64,000 nucleotides of DNA from Octopus sinensis. Its lineage: Eukaryota. Location of the stretch: positions 104,098,001-104,162,000 of the forward strand of contig NC_042998.1 in assembly GCF_006345805.1 (NCBI RefSeq), in the 5' to 3' direction. The notes under the pieces were generated by a model. It was not told where the DNA came from, did not search any database, and saw only the letters and a program-made list of their open reading frames with translations. This document shows positions 39,844 through 53,819 of this stretch, in pieces; within the stretch, counting starts at the first letter, position 1; each line of letters starts with the position of its first letter. The translations under genes and the position numbers were made by a program.

Positions 39844-41039
39844 ATATATATAATATATATACATATATATTTTATATATATATATGTATACATTCATAGA
39901 CGCGTACGCGCACATACACGCGTACACGCTCGCACACATGCACATACACACGCACACCGTTGATTGACGACGATAAAATTAATGTACCAAATCCCTAAAT
40001 TTTATTTAAAGATTATGTCTGTCAGTGTTAAATATTAAATTTTAAACTATTAAGACTTTGTATGTAATGGCCCTTTGTATTTTTGTGTAATAAAACAGTA
40101 GAATTGTAGCATAACAAGAATGTTCAACCTCGATAAATAGTAATAAAAATAGTTGAAGCACTGGAATAAATTTTATGAGGTGAAGGTAACGAGACGTCTA
40201 ATGTAATCAGGCTGAAGACATCGTCAGAGAGAGATAGAAAGTTAAGTGGTGATGATAGAGAGATTGTTGTTAATGCTAGAGATGTTTAGATTCATGCGAA
40301 ACTTGATCCACCAGTTTTGTAAACAATCATATTGTAGTCGAGGCCTCTCCGTTTCTGTGGAATTGAGACTACATTGGAATTAACAGACAGTAAGTGTTTG
40401 TGATATGAAAGACGTCTGGTTGCCGAATGACAATGTCACTATGGCCTGTAATAACTAGCAATGTCACCATTGGCCTATAATAAATAGCAGTGAAACTACC
40501 TCAATGTAGTTGCTTAGATCATATATGATTGCAAAAATTCGTAATTAAAGGTAATCTATCCATAACCATTTCACATTTTTCCTATTTGCACGGAATCCAG
40601 GACCACATTTAACAGTATGTCCTTCCCTTAGGCAATAAGGTGTCATTTGAGACATATTCCGTTGCAGTACGATGAAGTATCTACTATGGGGTTGATCGGT
40701 CAGCTAAAAATAACAATCAAATTTTCCTCAATATTATTGCTATTGACAAGGGTTAAACAGGAAGGTCGGATTTTCGATAATAATGAGCGTTTACAAGTCA
40801 ATATTTTAATACTATAGACATATCCCCCAAAAATATCAAATAATTTTAGTGCTTTCAGTCTGAGTATTTTACTTAACGTATTTCTCCTATGTAATTTCTA
40901 TGGTCCCTTTTATTTATTTATTTTTATTATTCTTACAGAGAAGACACTGTTTTCTAACAACAAAAAAGAAATAGTCTATTCATTTTACAACAGTAAATTT
41001 TAATTTATAAAACATAGCCAATATCTTTACTTCTTACAA

Positions 41040-41275
41040 ATTCAATTTTATTCATTCTGGTGTGCTAGGGGAGCACCGTTCACTCACCACACACAGTAAA
41101 TTTTCTTCATAATTATTATGTTTTTACAGTATCATAATATTCATGGATCATAAACAAAACTTGAATTAAAAAGGATTTAGATAATCCTATCAGGTGGTGC
41201 TATTAAGTTAGACATGGCCCGGACCAATCTTTGGTCCAAACATATCTCAGTTTTTATCTAAGTTTATATATATAT
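41040..41275 (+). mobile_element. 3' end of a CR1/L2-group LINE
   Basis: Encodes ...WIINKT* and shares its 3' UTR, inverted, with 56215-56320. Confidence 0.7.
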
Positions 41276-41442
41276 ACATACGCACATGGGTGTTATGTAT
41301 GTATGTATACCCATCATTATCTTAGAAGCTTTTACTATCTTCAGTCATATAGAATCACTCTTATATGTATATATATTAGCATCTGCTGCAGATGTAGGTA
41401 CACGCACACACACACACATACATACATACATACATACATATG

Positions 41443-41570
41443 GGAACGTGAAACTCTGAGTAACAGCTTTTGTTATGTTTCTGCTGCTTTTAGATAAAGC
41501 GTATTATTCTACCTCTGGTATTTGAGTACTCTTTTTTTCCATCTTGCTTCACATTTATGTGCTTACTCCA

Positions 41571-41575
<5 letters not shown>
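41443..41575 (+). mobile_element. Short Penelope-like terminal element, hammerhead family C (5'-truncated)
   Basis: GGAACGTGAAACTCTGAGTAACAG shared with 58433-58456; ends in (TA)n. Confidence 0.6.
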
Positions 41576-41611
<36 letters not shown>

Positions 41612-41673
41612 CACACATATATATACATACATTATATATACACATATATATAACTATATATACATATATATAC

Positions 41674-41704
<31 letters not shown>

Positions 41705-41816
41705 ATTATATACACACACACCACACACCACATATATATATATACATATATATATACAAACATATACACATTATGCACCATGTGTGTAAATATGTGTGTG
41801 CCTGAGTACATGTGCG

Positions 41817-41862
<46 letters not shown>

Positions 41863-42399
41863 CATCTATGTGTGTGAATGTGGGTGTGTAAATATATATG
41901 TGTGTGTGTATGTATGTATGTATGTATGTATGCATGCATATATGCTTGTACGTATATGTTATGCTTGATCCCCATTGATTCGTAACACATGTAAAACAGT
42001 ACATACACAGCATGAAAATACAAAACACAACCGACTAACTAAACAGTTCATTGCAACATTAACAGTAAAACTGCGTCTTCACCACTATCGTCACCATCCC
42101 CGTCGTCCTCAACATCAAAAACAACTACAATAACAACAGGAAGAAGAATAACAGTAGCCACTTGCAGTGGTTTTAACAAAATGAAACAATGAAAAGCCAG
42201 CGGAAGGTGAAGCGGTCGGTAATGGATTAGTTTTCTTCTTGTATGATATGTGAGGCGAGAAAGTATTTGTTGACAACTGAAGTCACCCTATGAATATGTA
42301 TGTAACCGATCGCGATGTTTGATATGGCGAAATGTTTTAAGTAGCTTTACTTAAGTATACTTGTGTAAACATTTGCCGGCAGAGAAGAATCATGCGTGC

Positions 42400-42441
<42 letters not shown>

Positions 42442-42604
42442 CGTGTATGTGTGTGTGTATGTGTGTGTGTGTGTGTGTATGAGATGAGAGAGAGGCGAAA
42501 GGGAAAGAGTGAGAAAATGGGAGAAATTTAGAAAGATATTGATACACATTGTTGTGTACAATATGTTAGTGTGTGTGTATGTATACATACTACGTGTGTG
42601 TGTG

Positions 42605-42659
<55 letters not shown>

Positions 42660-43615
42660 CGTGTACACACACTCACACACTACTACATATATGTGTATAT
42701 GGAGAATAGCTATTATTACCAAACACAAACATACAAAACACGCTCACACATACAAAAACATACATACACACACTCACACGTCCTGTCCTTGGACGATAGT
42801 GGTTACATTATAATTGTTACTCTTTGAGTGCGGCCAAAGTAACGCAGTCTTTAAGATTGGTTGCTGTAAGATGCGTGCAGTTCCGAGGAATAAACAGTTA
42901 TCTGTGGATTTATTTTTTGATCCAACGATACATTTTCTAGTTATATTTGTTTAACCCTAAGTCGTCTCTGAAAGAAGAATGTTATGATCAAAGGTATCTT
43001 AGTCGGTGATTATCATGTCTTTTTAAGGATTATCAAAAATTGCATTACCTAACAAGTTTTTGTTTTTCACTTATTTCTTATTTTTAAGGCGGGAGGAAGT
43101 ATCTTGAGGGAGATGTGATTGGTATTTGTCACGTGTCGAGCTATCACGTAGAAGGTTCCTTCTTGGTAATATATTTTACATTTTGTGTGTTTGTACTTGT
43201 TTGAATCTATCCAATATTACAAAAATGTCTTTAAATGGATCGAATATAGAAAAGACTTGCATAAACGTCATCATACACAATAATTACAATTTCCTCATAC
43301 TCAATTTTTCTATTCATATCAAATACGCTACACTTGAGACAACGTGTGAGAGATTCCACACGGTCACTCACCTTGCTGTAACACATCATACGCGATCGTC
43401 TTCAAAAGATGAAGGTCACAATATACCTAAAAATAAAACGTGATTATCATAACTGGAAAGCATCTGATCGGTTGAATGCTGGGATAAACAATGTCTTCAT
43501 CAACATTAACTCACTAAGCATAGCAAACACTGAACCACATCTAGACCATATTAACCACAAAGCTTATCAAATAAATTTTATAAACCGCAGCCAATGACGC
43601 ATCTTCTTGGTATGA

Positions 43616-43827
43616 GCAAGATTTTTTGAGGAACGTGTTGCATGAGACTTGACCCATCATCAGGCGTGTCACTCCACTTAATAAATTCAGTGCCATTCAG
43701 AAAGTCTTGTGGATCGCAACTCGTCAATGACAGCTCTACTATGTCACTTGATCTGCTAGCTATAGACAACACATCTCCCTCAATCCTGCATAATGCCTTA
43801 AAAAGTAGGTCTCATTAGATATTGCAG
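43616..43827 (+). repeat. 212-bp direct duplication, left copy flanking the MITE
   Basis: Matches 44245-44456 with 11 substitutions and no indels (hand count). Confidence 0.95.
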
Positions 43828-44244
43828 GGATCTTTTCGATTTGAACGGCAGTTTTTTAATAGAATTTCCACGTAACTAAACAGTTTTAAACTTCGTATAC
43901 TGGTAGAATGTGTTTATAAAACATCTTTTTCTCTTGGCTTTATTGAGAAAATTCTATAGGTTGTAACATATTTGTTGTTGTTTTTCTTCAATTTCTGCAA
44001 TTTCAACCAATCAATGATGTCTATTGAGGTGAAAACATTCTGTGCTGTATGAATATGTCCCTCGTTTAAGAAACAGATTGGGTTTATTTACATTTCTGAA
44101 GAAAAAAAGATACCCGTCCCTCCACCCCTAACCCTAACCCTAAAACAGATTGAAATGCAATAGATCGATACTAGGGTCATAATTATGGGTGACAATTTCA
44201 TATGACACCGCTAGAGAAAACTGCCGTTCAAACCGAAAAGATCC
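43828..44244. mobile_element. Merlin-like MITE, copy 2
   Basis: GGATC...GATCC TIRs; near-identical to 16844-17294 with a shorter (CCCTAA)n. Confidence 0.85.
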
Positions 44245-44456
44245 GCAAGATTTTTTGAGGAACGTGCTGCATGAGACTTGACCCATCATCAGGCGTGTCA
44301 CTCTACTTAATAAATTCAGTGCCATTCAGAAAGTCTTGTGGGTCGCAGTTTGTCAATGACAGCCCTATTATGTCACTTGATCTGCTAGCTGTAGACAACA
44401 CATCTCCCTCAATCATGCATAATGCCTTAAAAAGTAGGTCACATTAGATATTGCAG
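44245..44456 (+). repeat. 212-bp direct duplication, right copy flanking the MITE
   Basis: Begins at the base immediately after the right TIR. Confidence 0.95.
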
Positions 44457-45067
44457 TCCTAGATTTACATGAAAAAGAGGATGGTCACCATTGAAATGAC
44501 TTTGATCAAAGTCTAAACAATCAAATCTGACATGTGGCGCAAAATAACAACGAAAATTTTACAAACCAACAAGCGCAACGCCACGTGATCGATTGTAAGA
44601 AATGAGAAGTAAACATCGCTTTAAATGAAACTCCATAGGCTTAAAATCATTATGTAAGATTGTGTGATGTGGGGCACGTGTGCGTGTATGCATGTTTGTG
44701 TGTATAAACAATCGTCGTACCTCTGAAACAAAAATTTCCTATTTGTAGTGCTAGGGATTTGAAACCCAAAAATAACATGAACTAAGTGTGTTCATTAATT
44801 AGAGAAAAAATTTAAATAAATTCTGTTGCTGATATTAATGAGTGTCCTACATTTTGTGATCTGAAACTTGCTTGATCAATGTATGTGTGTGTGTGTGTAG
44901 ATATTCACACAAATACAGAAATATACGCAGGTGCACAAACATAAATATACATACACATAATTATATATATATATATATTTGCACATACATACCTACATAC
45001 ATGTTTGTGTGTATGTGTGTATAATCCATACTCATTATTAAGAAATCATCGTCGTCGCCATCATCGT

Positions 45068-45084
45068 CATAATAATAATAATGA

Positions 45085-45134
<50 letters not shown>

Positions 45135-45135
45135 T

Positions 45136-45180
<45 letters not shown>

Positions 45181-45250
45181 CAGCAGCAGCAGCAGCAGCA
45201 GCAGCGGTAGTTGTAGTAGTATCATCATCATTATTATTGTTGTTGTTGTT
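45068..45250. repeat. Compound (AAT)(TTA)(GTA)(GCA) microsatellite
   Basis: Directly visible. Confidence 0.95.
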
Positions 45251-45640
45251 ACTGCTAGCAGTACTTTCTGCCTGCATTGTTAAGAAATGGTTATTAATAT
45301 TTAAAATCAATATCTCAGACACCACTTGCCCTCTCTAATAATCATTAAATAAAACTTTAAAGAAAAAAAAAGAAAGAAAAAGAAATAAAAACTATGATAG
45401 CAATTGGTTCCCCCAAATTAAGTAATTTACGGTGGAGCACATTGGTTAGTAATAGAATCTATTAACTTATGCCAATTATCGAGAATATTTACGCGAAGAA
45501 AAAAGATAACTACAAATAAAAGGACAAGTCAATTGTTATATATGTGAAAATGTAAAGAGATTACTGTAAATTTGGTTGTTGTTGTTGTTGTTATTGTTTA
45601 AGGCCCCAGGTCATATTTGATCAAGAAGGCTATAATAAAG

Positions 45641-45900
45641 TGCATACTTGGCTTGTGACATCTAATTTTTATAAGCATATGTATGTGTATATGCTTGTAT
45701 GTGTGTGTATACATATGTAAATTCAAATATATATATATATAATATATATATACATACACATATATGGGGTAGGTGTGTGCATACTTGGCTTGTGACATCT
45801 AATTTTATAAGTATATGTATGTGTATATACTTGTATGTGTGTGAATATATACATATGTAAATTCATATATATATACATATATGAGGTAGGTGTGTGCATA
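45641..45900 (+). repeat. Tandem duplication, period about 137 bp
   Basis: TGCATACTTGGCTTGTGACATCTAATTTT at 45641 and again at 45778. Confidence 0.85.
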
Positions 45901-46319
45901 TGTAAACATCTATATATATGTAAGTATGAAATTACATATGTATACACACACACATATATATATATACAGAGAAAGAGAGGAAGAGAGAGAGAGAGAGCGT
46001 GAGGGAGAGAATGTGTATGTGTCTGTCTGCTGTCTGCTCGTGCACATGTGATGCATGTGTGTCTTACTCCTTTTGACAACTAATGAGAGAAGTTTGCGAG
46101 AAAATTTGGTTGGTATTCCTAGCAGGGAGTGCCTCATTGAAGCCTTCGGGCTGGTTCGTAAAAAGTTTCAAGTGTAAAATACACGTTGTAAAGAAATAGG
46201 AACAGATTACAAGACACACCGGTGGAGGATTAGTGAGATTTATATTTATGATAAATGCACATTCCGTAGATGGCATCACACTTCTTCTTAAAGACTTAAA
46301 AAGTCCAATAGCCGTCAAT

Positions 46320-46530
46320 TACAATTGGAAGCCGGGTTTTTTTTATCATTTTAGACGACAAGGGCATCATTCTCCTTGATTTCCTGTTGGGAGGCTGTAC
46401 TGTAAACAGCGTGCAATGCACTGGGGCACTGGAGAAAGTTAGAGAACCCTTTAGGAGGGAGAGGCCGAAGGAAAATCTGAAACTATTGATATTCGCCATG
46501 ACAATGTTTGACTATATACATACTTGACAA
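46320..46530 (+). mobile_element. Mariner transposase catalytic-domain relic
   Basis: LDDKGIILLDFLLGGCTVNSVQCTGALEKVREPFRRERPKE, then frameshifted IRHDN. Confidence 0.75.
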
Positions 46531-46701
46531 TGAATCAGGCACTCGGAAAGAACAGCTTTCTAATGGTAAAGAGTCTTCATGAAGAAGAACTTGGTGACAT
46601 AGATGTTGTGAATATTGGTTGCGAAAGAATGAGGAGAAATGTACATATTTGGATTATCATTATTTTCGGTCTTTCGGGAAAATCTTGTCTATATATACTT
46701 C

Positions 46702-46931
46702 AGGCGGCGAGCTGGCAGACACGTTAGCGCGCCGGGCGAAATGCATAGCGGTATTTCGTCTGTCGTTACGTTCTGAGTTCAAATTCCGCCGAGGTTGACT
46801 TTGCCTTTCATCCTTTCGGGGTCGATTAAATAAGTACTAGTTACGCACTGGGGTCGATATAATCGACTTAATCCGTTTGTCTGTCCATGTTTGTCCTCTC
46901 TGTGTTTAGCCCCTTGTGGGTAGTAAAGAAA
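46702..46931 (+). mobile_element. Full-length tRNA-derived SINE family 2
   Basis: A-box-like TGGCAGACACGTT, internal hairpin, B box GAGTTCAAATTCC, central GACTTTGCCTTTCATCCTTTCGGGGTCGAT domain, tail ending GTAGTAAAGAAATATATA. Confidence 0.9.
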
Positions 46932-47194
46932 TATATATATACTTCAGTACACACACACACACACACAAACACGCATACATACACACACACGCACGCACAC
47001 AGAAACATAAACGCATACACATACATATATATTAAATTGTATGTGTGTGTATAAGCATGTATAAATATCATACATACAAAATAAACTCTCTCACACACAT
47101 ACACACACATGTATTTATGTATATATGATATGTATATATACATACACACACACCTACATATATATATATATATATGTGTGTGTGTTTGTGTGTT

Positions 47195-47350
47195 ACATCG
47201 AATCCAGTACTTGACTGATACTTATTTCTTTGACCTCGTCAAGATGAAAGTCGACTCCGACAGAATTTGAACTTAGAACGTTAAAAACAGACGAACTGCC
47301 ACTAAGCATATTTTCCCGGCGTGCTAACAACTCAGCCAGCGCACTGCCTT
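47195..47350 (-). mobile_element. SINE family 2, diverged
   Basis: Reverse complement matches the family 2 head and body. Confidence 0.7.
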
Positions 47351-47989
47351 TCACACACACATACACACACACACACACACAAACACACACATGCAAACAC
47401 ACACACAAGCATGCACACGCACACACATGCATAATACATACATATGTGTGCTTATCTATGTAGAAATTTATGTATAATTTTCTGAGAGTATCATATAAGC
47501 ATATACTCATACATAATATATGCATATGAGTATAATATATGCATATAATTATGCGCGAGTGATGACTGAAGAATATATGCACAATCGTTGCGAAGTTATG
47601 TACAGAATGCGCTGATCTTATAGAGTGATATCAACATTCTGTCACACACAGAAATCCAAAAAGAAATATACTGACGTAAACATACATGTGACGTGCGTAT
47701 GTCGTGTGCGTAAATTCACACGTAATTTATGGATATGCATCCATGTTCACTCGTACACACACACAAATGTGTATATATATGCCTGTATGTAAACATGTAC
47801 GGATATATGTGTGCGGTGGTGTGTATGTATGTATATATATGTGTGTGTACATGCATATATATATGTGTTTGTGTGTGTGTGTGAGTGTGTGTGTAGGTAA
47901 ATATATATATATCTATATATATATAAAGAGAGAGAGAGACAGACAAACAGAGACAGAAGGAGACAAACAGACCGGTAGATAGATGGACA

Positions 47990-48490
<501 letters not shown>

Positions 48491-49374
48491 GCACATACAT
48501 AACGCTATTATTTTTGTGTGGATATGTATATATGTGTCTGCATTTGTGTATGTATTTATGCATTTATACAGTACATCTGAGAGAAGAAATATTTAGCCGG
48601 GAGCATTATTTGTGTGTTTAGACGTTAATAAAGAGTGTCAGAGGTAAAATTTGCTAAGTAATGTTGTTCCAGTTAGAACAAACTTGAGCGTCATTGCTAG
48701 GTAGCGTCTTGTTACTGCTCCTAGTGCCCTCTGGTGGTGAGATTTAGACCTCTTCAGCCAGAACAGCAATGGCAGGTCTATAATTATAGAATGTGTTGTG
48801 TCAATTTATAATGGTAGCATCACAATCGCTATCTACACTACCGTAATGAACCTAACTGCCATCAACGCTGTCACTGAAATCGTACTCACCACACCCCATT
48901 GTCACCACCACCACCACTATCATCATCACCACCACCACCACCACCATCACCACGTTGTCAACGCCAACAGCACCACTATCACATCACCACCGCCGCCACT
49001 ACCATCAACAATACAATCGCTACTACCAGAACCATCACCACCAACAACAATTATAGCAACAGCAGCGAAACTGCTTTCTGTCGCAGCCACCACCACCAAC
49101 AACAACATCACCACCAACTACAACTACCACAACAAACCCAACAACAAATGCAACAACAGTTACAGGAACTATTAGCAGCGTACCATCACCTCTATCATAA
49201 CTAAAACCGCAACCACAGTCATCAACACCACCATCACCATCACCAACATAAAGCTACATCAACTACAATAACTACAACAGTTGCTGCAGCAAAATCCCTT
49301 TACAGAACTACCACCACGTTCAACACCACTACCATCACTACAATTATCCACATCCATCAGAACAACCAACAACT

Positions 49375-49545
49375 GCTGTTCTTGAGCAAAACACTTTATT
49401 TCACGTTGCTGCAGGCCAGTCACCTGGCAAAAATGAGTAATCCTGCGACGGACCGGCGTCCCGTCCAGGTGGGGAATTTCTAAGCCACTGAAACCAGGAA
49501 ACCGGCCCTTATGAGCATAGCATGGCTCGAGAATGAAGGAAGAAC
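49375..49545 (+). mobile_element. SINE family 3, 5'-truncated
   Basis: GTTCTTGAGCAAAACACTTTATTTCACGTTGCTGCAG...GGCGTCCCGTCCA matches 59234-59497. Confidence 0.8.
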
Positions 49546-49632
49546 AACAATAACATCACGGCAACAATGTCATCAACAGTAGGGTTTCATCTCCACCGCC
49601 ATCTAGACTGGGCAACATACATCAATCAACTA

Positions 49633-49923
49633 TATCAGTTCTCAACCGGGGTCCATATAAGATTTTTAGGGATCCAGAATAGTATTTTAAGGGCCACCGA
49701 AACATATTTGCTTTAGTTGTATGTATTGCAAGAAACAGTGAGGTCTCTTTCTCTACCATTTTATATAGTTCAACCTACAAAAGTTAATGTGTGAAAAACA
49801 AAATAGGAATTTTGAAAGAAGTTTCTATAAAACTAGTTTTTAAACATTGAATGGCTATGGGGTCCACCTGAATATAATTATAATGAAAGAAGTCCGTGGA
49901 TAAAAAATGGTTGAGAATCCCTA
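49633..49923. mobile_element. hAT (Charlie-like) MITE
   Basis: Termini ...TTCTCAACCGGGGTCC and GGTTGAGAATCCCTA with subterminal GGGGTCCA; no TSD visible. Confidence 0.6.
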
Positions 49924-50337
49924 GGAAATACCATAAACAGCTGTACTACCATGACTTCAAACACCACCGCCACCACCGCCACCACAACCACCATTACTAC
50001 AGTGCTCCAGAAACACTAACACCATCATCCTCGTCATCCCCCTCTCCCTTCTCCCCTTCTCCCTCCCCACCATCATATACAGCAACAACTCTACCAAGCC
50101 TTCTCTACCATCACTACAACCAACAAGACCATTAATATGACCTCTACGTGGTCTGTTAGAAATCGAGGCTAAATCTCCCTCGAATTACACCCTAACGTAT
50201 TAGAAGAGGATATGTTGGACAATGTGGTTCTGAGTTCCCCGTACAAAGCTAAAAGTCAACAAAGTCGCGGTTGTAACGGTTTGATTACAACTTAGCTCCG
50301 ACATGGTTAAACCGGGATTAAACAGTACCATAGGGAC

Positions 50338-50680
50338 AGACGTGGCTGCGTGGTGAGAAGCTTGCTTCCCAACAACGTGATTCTGGGTTCAGTCCCACTG
50401 CATGGCATCTTGGACAAGTATCTTCTACTATAGCCTCGAGTGGACAAAGCCTTGTGAATGGATTTGGTTGATGGAAACTGAAAGAAGCCTGTCATATATA
50501 TATATGTGCGTGTGTGTGTGCGCGCGTGATTGTGTGTGTATGTGTGTGAGTGCATGCGTGTGTGTAAGAGAGTGTGTGTGTGTGTTTCCACTACCGCTTG
50601 ACAATCAGTGTTAGTAGTTTATACTCCTTTAACTTAGCGGTTCGGCAAAACAATCTGATAGTAGCAGACTTAACAAAAAG
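50338..50680 (+). mobile_element. SINE family 1, 3'-degenerate
   Basis: Head and body colinear with 39367-39843. Confidence 0.85.
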
Positions 50681-52246
50681 AAAGTCATGACAGAACAATT
50701 CAAAGATAAATCGATAAAAGATCACCAGCAACACTCGACGGCAAATCACTCCCGCCACAGCCACCAGCACGGCCGCCTCATAACCTCGACTTCGAGCTCA
50801 GCTTCAGTCACGAGTGTAGACACTAGCACTTCTACTGCAGCCCAGCACCCCATCACTGAAACTACAACATCACCATTACTAATATCACCATCAGTACCAC
50901 TAAATTATCACCAACAACACCACTATCGACGGCAACACTAACTCCAACAACAACATTACTACTACTACTATTTCCTTCACTGTTAGATCCTGTTATTGCT
51001 TCATAATATGTCGCACAGAAGCTCATGTGATTCATCATTGCAATATCTAAGTCTACTGGATAGTCCTTCTTAACCAAGGGGAAACATGCTCTGACTGCGT
51101 AGAGCTGTATTAGTCACGCTTCGTTCTTCTTCCGAGAGCCTGCGTGCGTGCAATAGGACTTCTCAATCAGGAATTTGGGGGCATCAACTACAACAGCAAC
51201 ATTATTCTGACCTCACTTAAAACCCCCACTTATATTCTCTATGTTGTCATTCAATATTATCTCGAATAAAACGTTGAACTGAGTTTTGCCATTCAATTTT
51301 CGACTTTGCCATTCCCCTTTAAGTTTTGATATGTATCTCTAAGTAAAATGATGTTTTATTATAATTCAAATCATCAATTTTTTTTATATTCGATGTAAGA
51401 TTGGATTTGAAAGATCCACACAGATACAAAGAAAGAAAAAAGAAGTGAGGTGAAAAAGGAAAAAATGAAAGAAAAGGAAAAAAGAAAAAAGGTAGGGTAA
51501 AGCATTGGAAGGGGCTATAGGCAGCCTATCCTAGAACAAGTGGGGTGTTCAGACGTGCCTCGCGGTAATGGCCGCGATGGCGTTGCTGCGTTTCTTTTTG
51601 TTTTTTGTTTTTTTAATTTTGTCATTCATCACTGGGCATTGTTATTCATCATTCAGCTATAACATTCCTTTTGGAACATTGCTCTTCATCCTTGAGGTTT
51701 GAAATTCTTTGAGCTTTGCCATTTCTGTTTTTAGCTATGCCTAAATTTTTGCGGAGTCGATGAAATAAGAGTCAGTCTTGTACGAGAAGCTTTATTCGAT
51801 CAATTACATTATCCTACCCAGAAAAATATATGAAATTCTGCCAATATAAGAAATCGATATTCGCTATCATAATATGCCACATCCGCTACCGTTTCTGTAA
51901 TAGTTTGTATAGTAGTTTCCTGTCATTTTCAACAATAGGACAGAATGATGATACTGATGCAGCGGAGATGGGGACGAGGACAGAGAACCAAAACTTTTAT
52001 GTGTACTTCATTAGCGACGTAAGTGAAGCGAAACGGTTCCAATTGGAAGAGGAAATCAGATATCTGAAATGGTTCATTGAGAAATTACCACCGATATGGT
52101 GGTAATTTCTTAATATATTATTTTAACTGAAATACATGCATATGAAAATACTGGTAGCATTCGATGGCTTGCAGTAAAAAAAAAAACAGAATTAATTATG
52201 CGTACATATTATATGCAATTATACTCCTATTAAATATAGGATTCTA

Positions 52247-52860
52247 AGGCGGCGAGCTGGCAGAAACGTTAGCACGCCGGGTGAAATGCTTAGCAGTATT
52301 TCGCTTGTCTTTACGTTCTGAGTTCAAATTCCGCCGAAGTCGACTTTGCCTTTCATCCTTTCGGGGTCGATAAATTAAGTTACGCATTGGGGTCGATGTA
52401 ATCGACTTAATCCCTTTGTCTATCCTTGTTTGTCCCCACTATATTCAGCCTCTTGTGGGCAATAAAGAATTAAGTTACGTCAGCACGCCGGGCGAAATAC
52501 TTAGCGGTGTTTCGTCTGCCGTTACGTTCTGAGTTCAAAATCCGCCGAGGTCAATTTTGCCTTTCACCCTTTCGAGGTCGATTAAATAAGTACCAGTTAC
52601 GCACTGGGGTCGATATAATCGACTTAATCCATTTGTCTGTCCCTGTTTGTCACCTCTGTGTTTAGCCCCTTGTGGAGTAGTAAAGAAATAGGTATTTCGC
52701 CTGCCGTTACGTTCTGAGTTCAAATTCCGCCGAGGTCGACTTTGCCTTTCATCCTTTCGGGGTCGATAAATTAAGTACCAGTTCCGTACAAGGGTCGATC
52801 TAATCGACTGTCCTCGACCCTCAAAATTTTGGGCCTTGTGCCTAGAGTAGAAAAGAATAA
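52247..52860 (+). mobile_element. Trimeric SINE family 2 array
   Basis: Three successive bodies (about 52247, 52480, 52692), each ending in a different tail. Confidence 0.85.
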
Positions 52861-53224
52861 ATATATGATTCTGAAATTGATCATCACTTACTCTCTTTCT
52901 TCTTATCTTTGTCTTTCTCTCTCTCTCTTTCTCTTCATGCCACTCTTTCTCCCGCTCACTCTTTCCCTCTCTCTACACACACACTACTTATCTGCTGATC
53001 TCACACTTTATTTCACTGTGCATACACCCTCAATGGATCAGCAGACCGTCGTCTTAACCACCCAGCCACCTCATCAATCGACGAGATTATATATATATAT
53101 TATCATTTAAAACAGTTTGATTCGGCCCCATGCGATTAAAAGTGACAATCGTACAAAACTTTAAACCGCATAAGGCCGAATCAAAATGTTTTTATTATTA
53201 GTTATCATTTCAAATTTTGTTACA

Positions 53225-53700
53225 AGAAAAGCAGATCCGAAAGAGGGGATAAGTCGATTACATCTTTTCAAGTGTTCAACTGGTACTTATTTTATCGACC
53301 CCGAAAGGGTGACAAAAAAAAAAGTCGACCTCGGCGGAATTTGAACTCAAAACGTAAAGTCAGACAAAATGATTTCAATTTTTGACACAAGGCCAGCAGT
53401 TTCGGGGAAGCGAATAAGTCGATTATATCGACCTCAAGAGAAAGAATAGCACTTTCAATATAACATATCATTATTATTCTTTTCTACTGAAGGCACAAGG
53501 CCTTGAAATTTTGGAGGAGGGGACTAGTCGATTACATCGACCCCAGTGTTTCACTGGTACTTAATTTATCGACCCCGAAAGGATGAAAGGCAAAGTCGAC
53601 CCCAGCGGAATTTGAACTCAGAACGTGGGGACAGGTGAAATGCCGTTAAGCATTTTGCCCAGCGTACTAACGATTCTGCCAGCTCGCTGCCTTACACATC
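53225..53700 (-). mobile_element. SINE family 2 cluster (inverted)
   Basis: Two bodies plus tail fragments on the minus strand. Confidence 0.8.
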
Positions 53701-53819
53701 TTTATCATTGTCACACTGCCTTCTGCGCATGCATGTTTATAGTTGGTACTATTATGGTCACGTGATCGAAGTTTGAGCCTTATCACGCCATTTTTTCTTT
53801 TTGGCTTTATAGTGTCATC

